A stretch of DNA of 64,000 bases from the NCBI RefSeq assembly GCF_009914755.1, contig NC_060934.1; one strand, given 5' to 3'. This document shows positions 1 through 17,566 of this stretch, piece after piece. The DNA is from the human T2T-CHM13v2.0 reference genome, Homo sapiens. The number at the start of each line of letters is the position of its first letter. The first letter of the stretch is position 1. The position numbers were made by a program, and so were the translations under genes. A model generated the notes under the pieces. That model was not told the origin of the DNA and searched no databases. It saw only the letters and a list, made by a program, of their open reading frames with translations.

Positions 1-329
1 TAGGATTTTATCCTGCTTCCCTTTCAAAATTTACAAATTTGGAAATTTAGAAATTTCTGCCTGGCCTGCAGTTCACTGGGCTGGTTGGTTTGCGTGTCAT
101 GTACCTGCCTCACACAGTTAAAATTTCTTCCTGACTCCTTCTCACCTTTTGGAGAAAGAAGGCCAGGATCCAAATTGCCTGAAAGGAGTGGACTGCAATT
201 AGCTATCGACACAGAATTTTCCTGTAGTTTGTGGAGACTATGAGAGATAGAATCACACGGAGGTCAGAAAGAGCTGCAGGCAGAGTGAGGGAACTCTTAT
301 TTCCTTATTTTGGCCAATGGCATTGTGAG

Positions 330-1305
<976 letters not shown>

Positions 1306-1878
1306 TCACAAAATTAGTGAATTAAGACTTTACAATTATATTTCATTGTTTGTAGAAAATGGTTTGGAAATTGTTCTAATGTCATATTTTGTGGAATAAT
1401 ATATTGGTGCACATACTCGTGGATATACATATTTGTGTACCCACATGTATTTGTGTATAGTTTACAATTCCCAAACACGTTTCCATATGTGGTTTTGTTG
1501 GGTTGCACAGCTTCTGATAGAATTGTAGAAAAGTGATGGAAAAAGGTCCCATTAGGCTTTCTTCGGAAACACCAAAAAGAGAAAAACAAAACCTACCCTG
1601 CTTTGCATTGAGAGTCAGTATGATTTGAATGAGCGCCTCCACTGCTTTGCGGGAAACAGTTTTCCCTGCAGCCTGTTCTTTGCATGCTTCTAGACACGCC
1701 TGGTTTACATCACCAACATCTTAGAAGGAACTCATTCAAATCCATCCTGGCTTGACTCTTTTCATTCTCTGGCAAATCCACAGAAACGTGGGTTTTCTTT
1801 AATTCCTTTGGGACTGGGCCATAGACAAAAATGCTCCTTTTAGCCTGTGGTTCATTGCTAGTCTACACTCTTGGTTTT

Positions 1879-1889
1879 CCTATCTATCT

Positions 1890-1935
<46 letters not shown>

Positions 1936-2216
1936 ATCATCTAACATCTATCTTATCTATGTATTATCTCTATCTATCCATCCATTCACCCATCTATCAA
2001 TCATCTATTATCTATCTATCTATCATATATCTATCACCTATCTATCATCTATCTAATCTATCTATTATCTCTATCTAACTATCCATCCACCCATCTATCG
2101 ATCATCTGTCTATTATCTATCATCTATCTCTACTATCTGTCATCATCATCATCTATCTATCTAATCTATTATCTATATCTATCCATCCATTCATCCACCC
2201 ATCTATCAATTATCTA

Positions 2217-2250
<34 letters not shown>

Positions 2251-2273
2251 ATCTATCTATCTATCTATCTATC

Positions 2274-2316
<43 letters not shown>
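1879..2316. repeat. Complex (TATC)n/(GATA)n tetranucleotide repeat with TCCA and TGTC interruptions
   Basis: Directly visible; sits at the tail position of the adjacent Alu fragment. Confidence 0.95.
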
Positions 2317-2318
<2 letters not shown>

Positions 2319-2393
2319 AGAGGTGGGATGTTGCTAGGATGCCCAGGCTGGACTCAAATTCCCGGGCTCAAGCAATCCTCCTGCCTTAGCCTC
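2317..2393 (-). mobile_element. Alu/FLAM monomer fragment
   Basis: gcccaggctggactcaaattcccgggctcaagcaatcctcctgccttagcctc. Confidence 0.8.
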
Positions 2394-2819
2394 TCTCTTG
2401 GTAGTATCCTGTGGTCACTGACCCAGTTTCCTACACGTGAAAAGGACTCAAAGACCAAATGCTATTAGGGAGCTGATGAAAGTTATGAAGTACATGCACA
2501 GAATCATGACTTTTCAATGGAAGCAATGTATTTTTGCTGGCGTTTGCATGTCATCTGGTGTTGCTATAGGAGGGAGGAAATGACTTCCCACTCCAGGTGG
2601 CTCTGCTCGCCCTGATCTTTTAGTCTGCCCTAGCTTTTGTGCCTGCCCTCACTGTCTTCAGGAAGGTTGCTTTTCTCTGTAGAGCTTCTGCACTAATGAT
2701 GTTCCCAAGAAGGTGGTCATTTAGGCATGGTCGTGTTACCACAGACATGAGACCAGTTAGGACACATGTACAGAAAAAAACATGAATTTTCTATGGAGTA
2801 TCATTCAACCCAAGTCTTT

Positions 2820-3118
<299 letters not shown>

Positions 3119-3298
3119 CAATCCAAGTCTTTAAAACAAACCTCAGAGACAGCTAATGGGTTTGCTTTGAAGTTCCCAGCAGTGAGAAGATACTTGGTTG
3201 GTGGTAGAGCTATGCCTTTCCGAAGAAAGTCTTCAGGAACTCCATTTCACTCCTAGGTGCGTGCTTACTCTGAAATCCAGATACATAAAAAAGCACTA

Positions 3299-3714
<416 letters not shown>

Positions 3715-4829
3715 CTAAAGTCAGCCTCAGGCTTTGGGCACTGTATGGCTCCATCTGCACCAAGCACCATAGTGAATGTGGGAAGTTAATGCAGATGAAT
3801 TACCGAGAAGTGGCTCTAGTGTGCTCCAGTCAGTGGTCTGAGCTATTTTAGTTGTTTTAGTGATTGAATCAAATGACCCCATTTGCTTGCATTGTTTGAT
3901 TGCTGGTTAGTCTGGAAACTGTCAATTTTATATTAACAAGTCTTAACAGGAACTATGGTAATAGGCAAACCAAATGGATATAATACTTTTTTTTTTCTCT
4001 TTTACTTTCCAAACTATTTTATTTAAAAAAAACCTGCAGTACAGTATTAAAAAGCAATACATTCAGCAGGAGTGACAACCAACAGAAACAAAGGGAGGAG
4101 GGTACAGAATACCAGGGACCCTACCTCAACTGATCCCCAGGTCTGGAGGCCAGGGGCAGACTGGGAAGGAGCACGGGTGGTGGGGAAGGGAGAAAAGGGC
4201 ACCCACCAAAAAGGAAAAGGCAGAACAAAACATTTATATAGGAAATGTCTAGTTGAACTCGAGGATCTTGGGGAGATGGAAAAGCACCTTTTTTTCCCGA
4301 AAAATATGGATATAATACTTTAGATAAGGCGTTTGCGTATCGCAACATGATTTTTCACAAGATCCATCAGGCATGTTATATAGAAATTTAAAAAATTTTG
4401 CTCTAAAATGGGCATAGGACCAAACACACATGTTTATTTGCTTAAAGTGCAAACAATTGTCTTCTATATTAAACCATAGAGAGGCTAAGAGGTTTTCCAA
4501 GGAACCAAAGAAGTCACATGTGTAAGAGTTTGTATCATTATATGATTGAAAATAGGAGAGTTTATTCTATTTGATTTGAGATTTTGGTCTAGCAGTCTTG
4601 TTAAAACTTATTTTGTTTCTATGCTTTCTTACCATAGGGCTGATACTACACATATAAAAAGAATCAACCCAGGAAATCAAAGAAATCTACTCTATCTCCC
4701 AGCCTCTATTTTCTAAATGTTTTAATATTTCAGTCAAGGTTGTTTGCTTAAGCAAATGAGTGGATGGTGATTTCCTTGAATGAGATGATTATGGGAAGAT
4801 AGGCTAAGATGGGAAAATCAAAAGTTGTC

Positions 4830-4872
4830 TCTCTCTTTCTCTTTCTCCCTTCCTTCCTTCCTTCCTTCCTTC

Positions 4873-4919
<47 letters not shown>

Positions 4920-4941
4920 TTTCTTTCTTTCTTTCTTTCTT

Positions 4942-5025
<84 letters not shown>

Positions 5026-5035
5026 TCCTTTCTTT
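4830..5035. repeat. Compound (CCTT)n(CTTT)n(CT)n(CTTT)n polypyrimidine microsatellite
   Basis: About 205 nt of pure pyrimidine at the Alu tail position. Confidence 0.95.
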
Positions 5036-5485
<450 letters not shown>

Positions 5486-6214
5486 TCATGAGTTGTCATT
5501 TGAACACATTAATTTTGAGTGTCTTTAAGACATCCAGTTGGAATTGGATAGGAAGCCAGGGCTAGAGATCTGAATTTGGGAGTCATCACCATGTAGATGA
5601 TATTGAAAATTAAAGTTCTGTATCAGAACACCCAGGAAGAGATGTGGTAAAGGTAAAAGCACCTAGGACTTGTCTGACTTCAATCTTCTTCTTCATATAG
5701 CATAACATACCCCCTGTGACTACAAGGATGCAAGATGGAAAAACACAACTCTAGAAGCCTGGGCTTACTCTGCCTGGTCTTCAGTCTCTTTCGAGGCCAT
5801 TTGTCATAATGAGCTCACGATAGAATCTCCAAGTGTGTCAATGACAGGTGGCTCTTTTGGACAGTAAAATGCTATGGGAATAAGAGCAGGGAGAGCCCAG
5901 GGGAGTGCAAGGAGGCGGAAAAGCAGCAGGTTGTGTTACTATGTGGACGAGAGGAAATGAATGAACCCAGGCGACAGACCAAAGCTGAGTTGCAGAAACC
6001 TTGACCCGGAGTTCTCACATAGCAACCTGGATCGTGGTCCAGGACCACTCTGAGACTCCTGAATGACAAGTAATCAATCCACAACATATTGATTTATTTA
6101 CTGAGCACCTGGTGGATGTTCAGGTATTGAGTCTTTCCTGGTTCCACCAGAAGAGTTTTGAGAACAAAATAGACACCCTCATCCATGCTTTGGCAAAAAA
6201 GAGTTTCATTTCTT

Positions 6215-6366
6215 TTTCTTTCTTTTATTTTTTTGATTTTTTTTAATAAGAGATGGGGGTTTTGCTATGTTGATCAGGCTGGTCTCGAACTCCTGGCCTC
6301 AACTGATCCTCCCATCTCGGCCTCCCAAAGTGCTGGGATTACAAGCATGAACCATTGCATCCCACC
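6215..6366 (-). mobile_element. FLAM (free left Alu monomer)
   Basis: Left monomer only, with its own tail; TSD tcatttctt at 6206-6214 and 6367-6375. Confidence 0.85.
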
Positions 6367-6890
6367 TCATTTCTTGAATATGTTGTGGGATTCAAGTTGT
6401 CCTAGAGTTGGAGAAGGCCAGAGAAGGACAAACACAAATATCGAAGTGTAATTTTGGTGACATTTGCCCCACTCATCATGGGGATATGTTTCTGAAGTTC
6501 AGAGCATCAACACTAGAGTATTTGCATTGTGTTTTTGATGGTTCTGATGTTATCATGCAGATATATTGCCGCTTTTTCTTTTAACAGCTGAATTGAGAAT
6601 ATTTTATTGCTTACAAGGAACATAAAACTATTAAGATCACTATTAAGATTAAATGCTTAAGCACTTACCTGTTCACAAAACTCATTCTGTTAGCTTCCTT
6701 CAGACACATAGTAGGTGCACAATGTATGTAGGCTGAGCAAAGTAATGACAAGTTGGGTTGGTCAAAATAATTTTGTTTGGACAGAGTCTTTGCCTGAAAA
6801 TATTAGAAAACATAACAATATTGGGATGAAGCAATGTGAAGGAAAAAAACAGAAAATAGCACAGAAACATATTAAATGAAGAAACTAACA

Positions 6891-7155
6891 CTATAAATCC
6901 CAGCATTCTGGGAGGCCAATTGGGGAGGATTGCTTCAGCCCAGGAATTCAAGACCAGCCTGGGCAACATAGTGAGACCCCTTCTCTAAAAAAAAAAAAAA
7001 TAACTAGGAGTGGTGGCACACACCTGTAGTCCAGCTACTTGGGAGGCTGAAATGAGAGGATTACTTGAGCCCAGGAGACTGAGGCTGTCATGAGCTATAA
7101 TCATGCCACTGCACTCTAGCCTTGGTGACAGAGGGAGACCTTGTCTCAAAAAAAA
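6891..7155 (+). mobile_element. AluJ, 5'-truncated
   Basis: Starts at ctataaatcccagca; A-rich linker and tail present. Confidence 0.88.
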
Positions 7156-7759
7156 GTTTCTTTTCTTTTTGCTTTTTTTTTTTAATTCTTCACAAACAGC
7201 ATTCCCATTAAGCCTAAGTGCAGGGAAAACTGCAAATTATATCACGGTAAATTCCAGAAGGAGATTCCCCAGAACAGAAAGGGTAGAATGGGAGAATTGG
7301 CTAGCCATGTTTCTATGAGGCTGGGAAGCCTTTCTAGAGACGTTCAGATTTTAGGAGCTTCTTGAATAAACATCCAGTGCACTTTATTTTGATTTCTGAT
7401 CTGGTGACTGGTTTCCAAGAATTGGGTCAGGTTGTCCTGCCATGTGCTTCTCTCTTTGGACATATTCATTTCTGTTTCCTCACTGGGTTCTTCTGTTGAT
7501 CAGATGTAAGACCTCTGTTTTCACTCTAATCACACAACTTGGATTTCTGCTCTCCTTGCACCTTATCCTGTTTTCTGTTTCTACCTTATGATGACCAGTT
7601 CTTTATTGCCCAGTGGCCATTCATGTTTCATGTGTGCCAACGTGTGGCAGTAACGCCGGCTGAAATTTACTTAGTACCCTATCTCAGAAGAGATCAAAGT
7701 ACTTTTACAAACAGTATCTTGCTAATCTTCCATATACCATTGTAGAGTAAATAGGAAAC

Positions 7760-7850
7760 AGCTATTATTATCCTTATTTTACACATGAGGAAATGGGAGC
7801 TCAAAGTGATGAAATGGTTGGCTCTATGGTACAAGTACACAGTGGGCTAG
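7760..7850 (-). mobile_element. MIR fragment
   Basis: ttattatccttattttacacatgaggaaatgggagctcaaag matches the MIR core. Confidence 0.65.
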
Positions 7851-9039
7851 GTGTGGTGCTGTGTGTGTTCATTTGGTAGGTTCTTGTGACTTTCTAGGCA
7901 GATAGTCTTTCTTGCTAAAGCTATATAGGGAGACAAGAACATCAGAGCTTGTTTTCCTTTTTTCCCATTAGATTCGTACTAATTTTTTTTTGTAGTCTTT
8001 GGCCTATTGCCTTAGGTGGTGTTTATTTTTCAGGGGAGCTGTTTATAGTATGAGCTTGGACTCGAATATTGCTGAGATGTGAGCAAGTTGCATATCAGAA
8101 TCAAATCCATGGCTAGGACTTATTTTTGGTTTGGGAGATCTCTGAGAAAAGAGTGATTCTTCATCAGAAAGTGACTCTCTTGAGAGGCAGGAATGGGAGA
8201 AATCGTCTCTCATGGTTCCCCGTATCTTTATGCTTTTTGGACTCGTAATAACACTTTGGGGTGAATTTCAATGGGTCAATACCCTTGTGACAGAGATACT
8301 TAATGGGAAATTGTGATCCTGAGCTTTCTGTTGGCAATGGGCTGTAGACTATCAAATCACTGGCTTATTTGTTATGGTTGCTAAATTATGTTTTTGGAGA
8401 AATTCAGGACCTGCTTTGCCTGAGGACTTTTAAAACAGTGCTCAAAGTCGAAGGAGCTTTATCTTGAAATGTTTTATTGGATGTTCTGAAACACCCTTAT
8501 GCAAGAATGATGAAGGCCAGGTATGTGTAGGGTAAGGTGTGGTCTTCGTACAGTTGCCAAGTGAGACTTGCTTTTTTCTTTTTTTAAGTTTTGTTGAGAC
8601 TTGGGCAATCATGATTTGGTTTTCTTCCAGGTCAATCTGCAACATACTCCCTAAATAATCTTGCATTCTCTCAGGGCTGTGGCACTTCACTTGGGCTATG
8701 TAGATCTGACAACACATTCAGACTGAGCTGTCATTCTCAAGTAAGAGGGCACAGTCATGTATCCCTAAAAGGTCTATGGGGATGTTACTCAACATTGGCT
8801 GCTCCAAGAATGGGGAATGCTGAATTTTCCAACTCTTCCATGAGCCATTTGTAGGCTGCTTTTACAAATCTGGGATCATGTCAGCTGGATTTCAGATAAC
8901 TGGATTGATTATCTAGTAAAATAGATAAAAACTGAACTGGGGAGAAAGTGAGTGGGTCAATCGGCTCTGTAGTTGGCTATGAAAGGCTAGCAACAGAATG
9001 GAAATATCGCAGTGGCTTTACCACTCTCCTGGGCTAGCT

Positions 9040-9290
9040 GCTTAGGTTCCAAAGCCTCAGTTTCTTCCTTCATAAGTGGATATTCCTGTCCTACTTATTG
9101 GGCAAGAAATGTGAGGATTAGATGATACACTACATGTGAAAGTCCCTCATACACTGATAAAGCTCTGTAGGGATCACTGATGATATCTGTAAAATAGGAA
9201 TAAAGATATCCAGTTGGTAGGATTGTTGCAAAGACTAAATGAGATAACCTATATAATGCTCCTAGCATATTGCTTTACACATGGCAATAA
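9040..9290 (+). mobile_element. Two tandem MIR fragments
   Basis: gcctcagtttcttc...gaggattagatga, followed by atctgtaaaataggaataa...gactaaatgagataa. Confidence 0.65.
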
Positions 9291-9623
9291 ACAACATGTA
9301 ACCTCCCCCACAACTTCTTTTTTTTTTTTCCTTTTCAAAACTCTGATGTTTATTACTTTTACCCTCACTTTGACTGTTTTTTGAGCTATAGGAGAAGCTA
9401 GAATTTGTAGTTCGGTCTTTGACCTGGGTTGCTCCTTCCATGGGTTCGTTTCCTTTGGTTTCCTGCGCTGGATCAGGCGTTGGTTCTCAAGTATGGATAT
9501 TCAGGGCTTCAGTTCCTATGCTCCTGGATCTCCTGGCTCCAGAGTTTCTCGATCAGATACCAATTCTTCCTGGCAGAGCTGTCACTGCTGAGATCAATCA
9601 CTTTTTCTTCTACGATCTCATGA

Positions 9624-10133
<510 letters not shown>

Positions 10134-10341
10134 ACTAGCAACTATCAACCCCCTCAGTGTGGTTGCTTATAGATATCACTTTCTGGGATATTCTGTTAAA
10201 GCCAGTGACAGGCTTTATTTATGTTTTTCAGTCATGCAATCTGTTGGTGGCTAAGGGAGGGTCTCATCACAATGATCTCTTGAAATGGTAATATTCTGAT
10301 CACCTGCTATTTTGAATAGTGTTCCATAACTTCTACTCTGG

Positions 10342-10732
10342 TGACTCATTATGACTTAGTCTCTATCCTGCCAGAAAAGTTAGTTTCATTCGTTGAAAAA
10401 AAAAATGAGTCCAGTTGGTGACTCAGATCCGTCCGACTAGTTGTTCGGTTGCATGTAGGTGAAACAAACTGGTCGACTGGGTTTTCCATTTTTGAACTGG
10501 TGGTTTTGATCTCGGCAGAGGTAGACTCCATGTGACTCAAAGTAGCATTGGAAGGGATAATTCTGCCTGGTGGTCAGAAGACAGGATTAGAAAGAAACAG
10601 GAGGACACTTGAATTACACATCCAACCCAGCCACCACCTGGCCTTCGGCAGGTTACGCAAATTTCCTTGTCAGATATTTCCTGAAATAGAAAGGGGAAGT
10701 AGTGGATGGGATAATAGCAATGCTTCTGAGAA
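10342..10732. promoter_or_regulatory. Candidate enhancer (three AP-1 sites, C/EBP, STAT5)
   Basis: TGACTCA at 10342, 10419 and 10533; TTACGCAA at 10653; TTCTGAGAA at 10724; several retained CpGs in unique sequence. Confidence 0.4.
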
Positions 10733-10990
10733 TCTGTGCCCCACTGTGGGTATAAGGTGTACCTGTTGCTCAGGGACATGGTAAAATACTCTGAAGTGTG
10801 CAGTGCTATGAAGGGAATGGGGCTCTGTTTCTTATCTCTTTACTCCTTAACTTGCACTTGCCTACACCCCCTGCTTGCCACTTTCACTGGGTTCCAGGAC
10901 CACTAGGCTACTTAAAGTACTTAGAAAGAAACTTTATCTGAGGCTGGTCCGAGTGCAGAGTGTCAATTGATCACAACCAGTTGCAGATCT

Positions 10991-11372
<382 letters not shown>

Positions 11373-11402
11373 TGAACATTATTTGAAAAATAATATGTAT
11401 GA

Positions 11403-11762
<360 letters not shown>

Positions 11763-13519
11763 GGAAGCTGTTATTGTCTAATATGCCACCATTATGACAA
11801 GTATGCCTGGGTGCTGTGCTTACAAAAGCATTACTACACATAATGTATTGCTGAAGACCCTGTTTTGAATGCTCACAGATAATAAGTCATTTAAAATTTC
11901 ATAGTTAGTAGATAGCTTGAGGAAAAAAGGAGGGAAGAGAAACAAAAACGAAAACAAAGATTCACTAGTGCTTCGGTGTTTTAGAGACTTAAGCTCCGAG
12001 CTTTCGTCTCTGAGAATAATCCATTTTGGAGGTTCCCTCCAGCCTTCTTCTCTTCCCTTCCCCGATCTTTTCTTTTTTTCTTCTATTCTATTTCTTCCCG
12101 TCATCTTTTTCTCCTCCTGGTATCTTTCTTTTTCCTTCTCTTGGGGTAATTGGAGAGGGAGGATGTGGTCAGAATTGATGAGGTGAGAACGATTCCAGTT
12201 CCCTTTTTCCTCCACCTCAAACCCGTAGCAGATGTGAAGCTTAATCACATCATCTCAGCCCAGACCACGAATGGAAACTCCAGAAACCTCAGTCTAGGGA
12301 CATTATGGCCACAACCACACTCTCAGTGGCAGAATCATTCTAGAAAGCATTCTGACCATAAATGTCGGTCATGTCGGTTAGAAATTCATCTACAGAGCAG
12401 TGAAGAAGGCACCACAAGAATTTGTTGGTGTTCGTTGATCACATCAACATGTGAATGAACCATCCTGATTTGGTAGGGGAGCAGAGTCCTCCAAGCCGAG
12501 AATCTTAGCGTGCTGTTATTCACTGCTGTTTCCGTCCACTCCTTGCATTTCTAGTTTGAGTGCCATTGTTTGTGTGGTGACACCAAAAAGGGAAACTGTG
12601 TACTCGGGAAGGGACTGGTCTTAGAAATAATGATATTCCTTAGCTCAGCGTAACTTGCGTGGTGACTTGGATTCTATAATCTTGAAGAAGATGATCATTG
12701 TGTAGTTTTCTAATTGATCAAAAGACAGGAAGATGATGAGGACAGAAGGCCGTGAGTTGTGCCTGTGTAATACACCAGCTTATCATTGAGATTTGGGTTC
12801 ATTTTCACCACTTTTATTCATACCAATTTCTAAGCTCAGGGGAGCTTACGCTCATTTCCAAGAGACACCATCACTTCTGATGTGATCATGTCTAGAACCA
12901 AGAAACTGGTCTCATTAACATCCTCACAGGAGATCAGTGGTCTGACAATGTATCTTGGTATCGGTTGATTTGGGCACTGAACACATGTAGATCTGGATCA
13001 GAGAGCCATAGTGTAATTCACTCTTGGAGAGACCTCAGGTAACAGATGGAGAAACAATGTCACCAAAGGATACTCTTTATGATGACTTGCTTTTCATTCC
13101 TGAAAGCAAGCTTGAGCTTGATGGTAAGGCTCCTAATTTTATAAAACAAGGAATTTGCAATAGATCAGGTCGCTTCCAACCATGGTTGGGGAATTCAATT
13201 TAATGCAACTAGCATTAAAATACTGCAATAGGAAGGAATATAAAAATGTCAGAGTTCCTCAAATGTAAGAACAGTGTATATGCTCTTTCTTGAGATTTTT
13301 CACTCAGTCACATATATACCCATATGTATGTATTAAATCAATATTAACTTTCTTATGGTGGAAAAAGGTTGCGGGTCACCATGATAGGTGATTACTTTAT
13401 TCTCTCTAGATCATTAGAGCCATGATGAAGGCAATTTCAGTTAGGGGAGGATGCTTTGTCCTTGGTTTATTTAGTACAATATGTTCCTTTCTACAGAAGA
13501 AGAGAAACAGCACTTAAAA

Positions 13520-13780
13520 ATAACATTCTTTTCTTTTTCTGAAATAAATATACGCTTATTTTAGAAACTATAGAGAATACAGATAAGCGCAAAGAAAAAT
13601 AAATTAAAATTTTATCTCGCTACCTGGAGATAACTATGTATAAGCTTGTTTTGATGTGCATCCTCTCACTTTTTTAGGATGTGTGTGTGTGTTAGATGGG
13701 ATTATAGTACATATAATTTTGTAACCTGTGCTTTTCAAATAACCATGTATTATGAGCATATTAAGTATATGTTTCTAAAA
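13520..13780 (-). mobile_element. Old L1ME-type 3' fragment
   Basis: AT-rich L1ME-like motifs (atgggattatagtacatataattttgtaacctgtgctttt). Confidence 0.5.
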
Positions 13781-13802
13781 TGCCACTTAAAATAGTGGAA
13801 TT

Positions 13803-14120
<318 letters not shown>

Positions 14121-14439
14121 AAAATGGTGGAATTGCACTCAGTTTAGGTACTTTTTAAAGGCAATCGACATGTGGAGAAGTGAAGTGTGGATTTAGAGGA
14201 CATTGCCAGCCATCGTGGCACTCAGTGCTTGTGAATGGAAAATGCCAAGATGGGTCCAAAGACAGAGAGAAGCAGCAACACGAGTGCTCTTAGGGAGAGG
14301 GGGGTATTTTGAGAAAACTAAAATCTGAGCTACTATAACAGGAGTAAAAGAGATAATCCTTCCTATTCTCTCCGACTTTGATGTGGAGGAGTTCACAGAT
14401 ACCAAGAAGTGCCAAAAAATGTATTTTCTACTTTATTTA

Positions 14440-14702
14440 CCACCCAGGCTGGAGTGCAATCACAGCTCATCGCAGCCTCACACTCCCAGGCTCAAACAAT
14501 CCTCCCACCTCAGCCTCCTGAGTAGCTGGGACTATAGGCATGCACCACCATGCCTGGCTCATATTTTCTATTAATTTTTTTTTTGTAGAGATGGGGCCTC
14601 ACTATGTTGCCCAGGCTGGTCTCAAACTTCTGGGCTCAAGCAATCTTCCTGCCTTGGCCTCCTGAAATGTTGGGATTACAGGCGTAAGCCACTGTGTCCA
14701 GT
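14440..14702 (-). mobile_element. AluJ, 3' end degraded
   Basis: Reverse dimer lacking a clear tail. Confidence 0.85.
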
Positions 14703-14839
14703 TAAGAAATTTATTTTTCATTCAGATGGACACAAAGTGAACTCCAAGGACATGAACACCTTATTTCAAATGGGGTAAAAATTGTACTGGATTTTAGAAC
14801 TTTCTTAGGCTACCTGTCATAAGCACATGACCCATATGA

Positions 14840-15187
<348 letters not shown>

Positions 15188-15199
15188 TGATCTCATTTG

Positions 15200-15370
15200 G
15201 ACTTCCTGAGAGCCCTGTATGGAGAAGTAGGGTAGTCCTTGTTATCTGTATTTTACAGACAACTATACTGAGACTGGGTGAGATGAGGTATTATTCTTCT
15301 GCCATCATCAAGATGCAGATAAAGTAATTGAATCTAGACTCCATGGCTTCTGGTTCCTGATGTGGGTTTC
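15200..15370 (-). mobile_element. MIR fragment
   Basis: gttatctgtattttacagacaactatactgagac. Confidence 0.5.
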
Positions 15371-17030
15371 ACTATGTGGCACCAACCATCAAGCCCATTT
15401 TCACCATCATCTGTGAATGCCATATGGCTCTGCCTTGGGATTTTTGGCTCTTCAAGGAAAACAATAAGACTTAGTTGAATGAGACCTCGACCTCTTATTT
15501 CTAGGATCTTCTAATCTGAGATAAAGAGTTGTTGTGATTATCTAGAGAATGACAATAAAGAATTCTTAGACAGTGTTTGAAATGGAGCTGAGGGTAAATA
15601 ACACACGAGTGAAATTTCTTTATAAAACTGTGGTGTTTGTCTGCTTTGGGGTTGATGTTTCCTTATAACAACAATGCTGAATGCCTCATGCAATGCAATG
15701 CTCTCCTGATGGGAGGGATTAAGGCTGGACCCATCTGAAGAGTGCTGCTTTCCAAAGAACAGAGGGCGTTTCCACTGAGGTAGTTTCATAGTCCCATGAA
15801 TAGACTCTTCTGCTCATTTAAGGACCTTCCTAACATATCTGTAGAAATGAACAGAATATTGAAACCCCACCAGAAGAGTAACCTCTGCCTTTCTCATGCT
15901 TTCAGTGTGCTGACTTGCTTTTTTTTGGGTTCTCAAATGATGCAATCTGATAGTGCAGCAGCTTCCTGTTTGAGGGTTAATTATTTCTTTTTATGTCTAT
16001 ATTTAAGATGCTTAAATTTGTGATTCATTCTTTATAATTTGATCTAATGCTTAGAATATGTCCACGTATATCACATTAACATTTTTCCTTTAAGAGTGAT
16101 TATTTTCCCCTCTGAGCCATTGCCAATGGACGTAGATCATGAAAACAGGTTGATAAATGCAGCCATCTCAGCGCAACCTGAAATTTGCAGTTGCTGTGGC
16201 CATGAGTCAAGACAGAGCCAGCTGTGTCCACATGGGAAATCGCCATTCCCCCAAGGTTGGTTCACATCTATATCCCTGGGCGATGCACACCTTTTTAGTT
16301 GAACCAGGGCTCTGTTGTAGTCCAATGACTCTGTTTTGGGTAATGTTCCAGCCCCCACAAGCTCCACCTTTTTGGCTTCTTTGCCTCAAGAGTGAAACCA
16401 AGAAATGACTTACAGGGTGGGAGGGAGGAGATTAGAAAATACAATCTCCCCCATGTGAGGGAAGGGCGGGGAAGAGTTTGAAGTTCATTTGAGGTGACAA
16501 AAACCCATCTTCCCCCTTTCTCCTTCCTTGGCTCTGTTCAAATAAGCAGAAGCTTTACCAAGTTCTCAGAACTGAGCCCATTTCTATTTCGTCAGTGCCT
16601 ATTGTTCCGGAATCAGTGCATCCTTGCAACGGAGAAGGTGGCACTTTCTATTCCCCAGCAGCGAGACCATGATGAGAGAAGGAAGAGAGTGAGAAGAAAA
16701 GGAGAGAAGCAGGAACCAGGAGAAGAAAAAATGAGGAAGTAACCAGGAGTGGGGAGGAAGGAGGCGAAGAGGCTGAGAGAGGGACGGAGCCGCGTGCCTC
16801 GGAGGGAACACCTTGCCTTCTTGGCCTTGCCAGCAGCTTCATGGCTGTCCCTTTCGTGCCTGGGACTTCCTCTTCTCCAGACACTGAGTTGCTGTCTCAC
16901 TGGTAACAATAAGTTAATTGAACAGCCTGTCAACAGATGGGCACACAGTGGCTCTCAGCTCTGGACTCTTTGTTAGTGAGACTTATTTGTAAGTGAGAAA
17001 GTCTGAAATAGCACCTGTCTCTTAAGAGAG

Positions 17031-17131
17031 CATGTGTGCTTGCACACACATGTGCATGGACACACACACGTGCATGCACACACTCATGCATGCAGATACA
17101 CACAAGTGCACACACACACGCACACACACAC
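17031..17131. repeat. Degenerate (CA)n/TGCA alternating purine-pyrimidine tract
   Basis: Directly visible. Confidence 0.9.
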
Positions 17132-17140
17132 CACCGCCAC

Positions 17141-17453
17141 CTTTCTTTTTTTTTTTTTTTTTTTTTTTTTAGGTGGAGTCTCACTCTGTCACCCAGGCTG
17201 GAGTGCAGTGGTGTGGTCTTGGCTCACTGCAACCTCTGCCTCCCGGATTCAAGTGATTCTCCTCCCTCAGCCTCCTGAGTAGGTGGGATTACAGGGGTGC
17301 ACCACCACACCTGGCTAATGTTTTGTGTTTTTAGTAGAGATGGGAGTTTTGCCATGTTGTCCAGGCTGGTCTTGAACTCCTGACCTTAGGTGATCCACCT
17401 GCCTCTGCCTCCCAAAGTGCTGGGATTACAGGTGAGAGCCACTGTGCCCGGCC
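17141..17453 (-). mobile_element. AluS SINE
   Basis: Full reverse dimer with long poly(T). Confidence 0.93.
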
Positions 17454-17566
17454 TCTGCACCACCTTACGCCAGGCCCCTTCTCTGTCCCCTGTGTGAGCC
17501 CAGGCTTTCCACAATTCAGCCTTTCCAATGCTTTCAGAAGTCATGGTGTATTTCTAAGTAAGGAGT

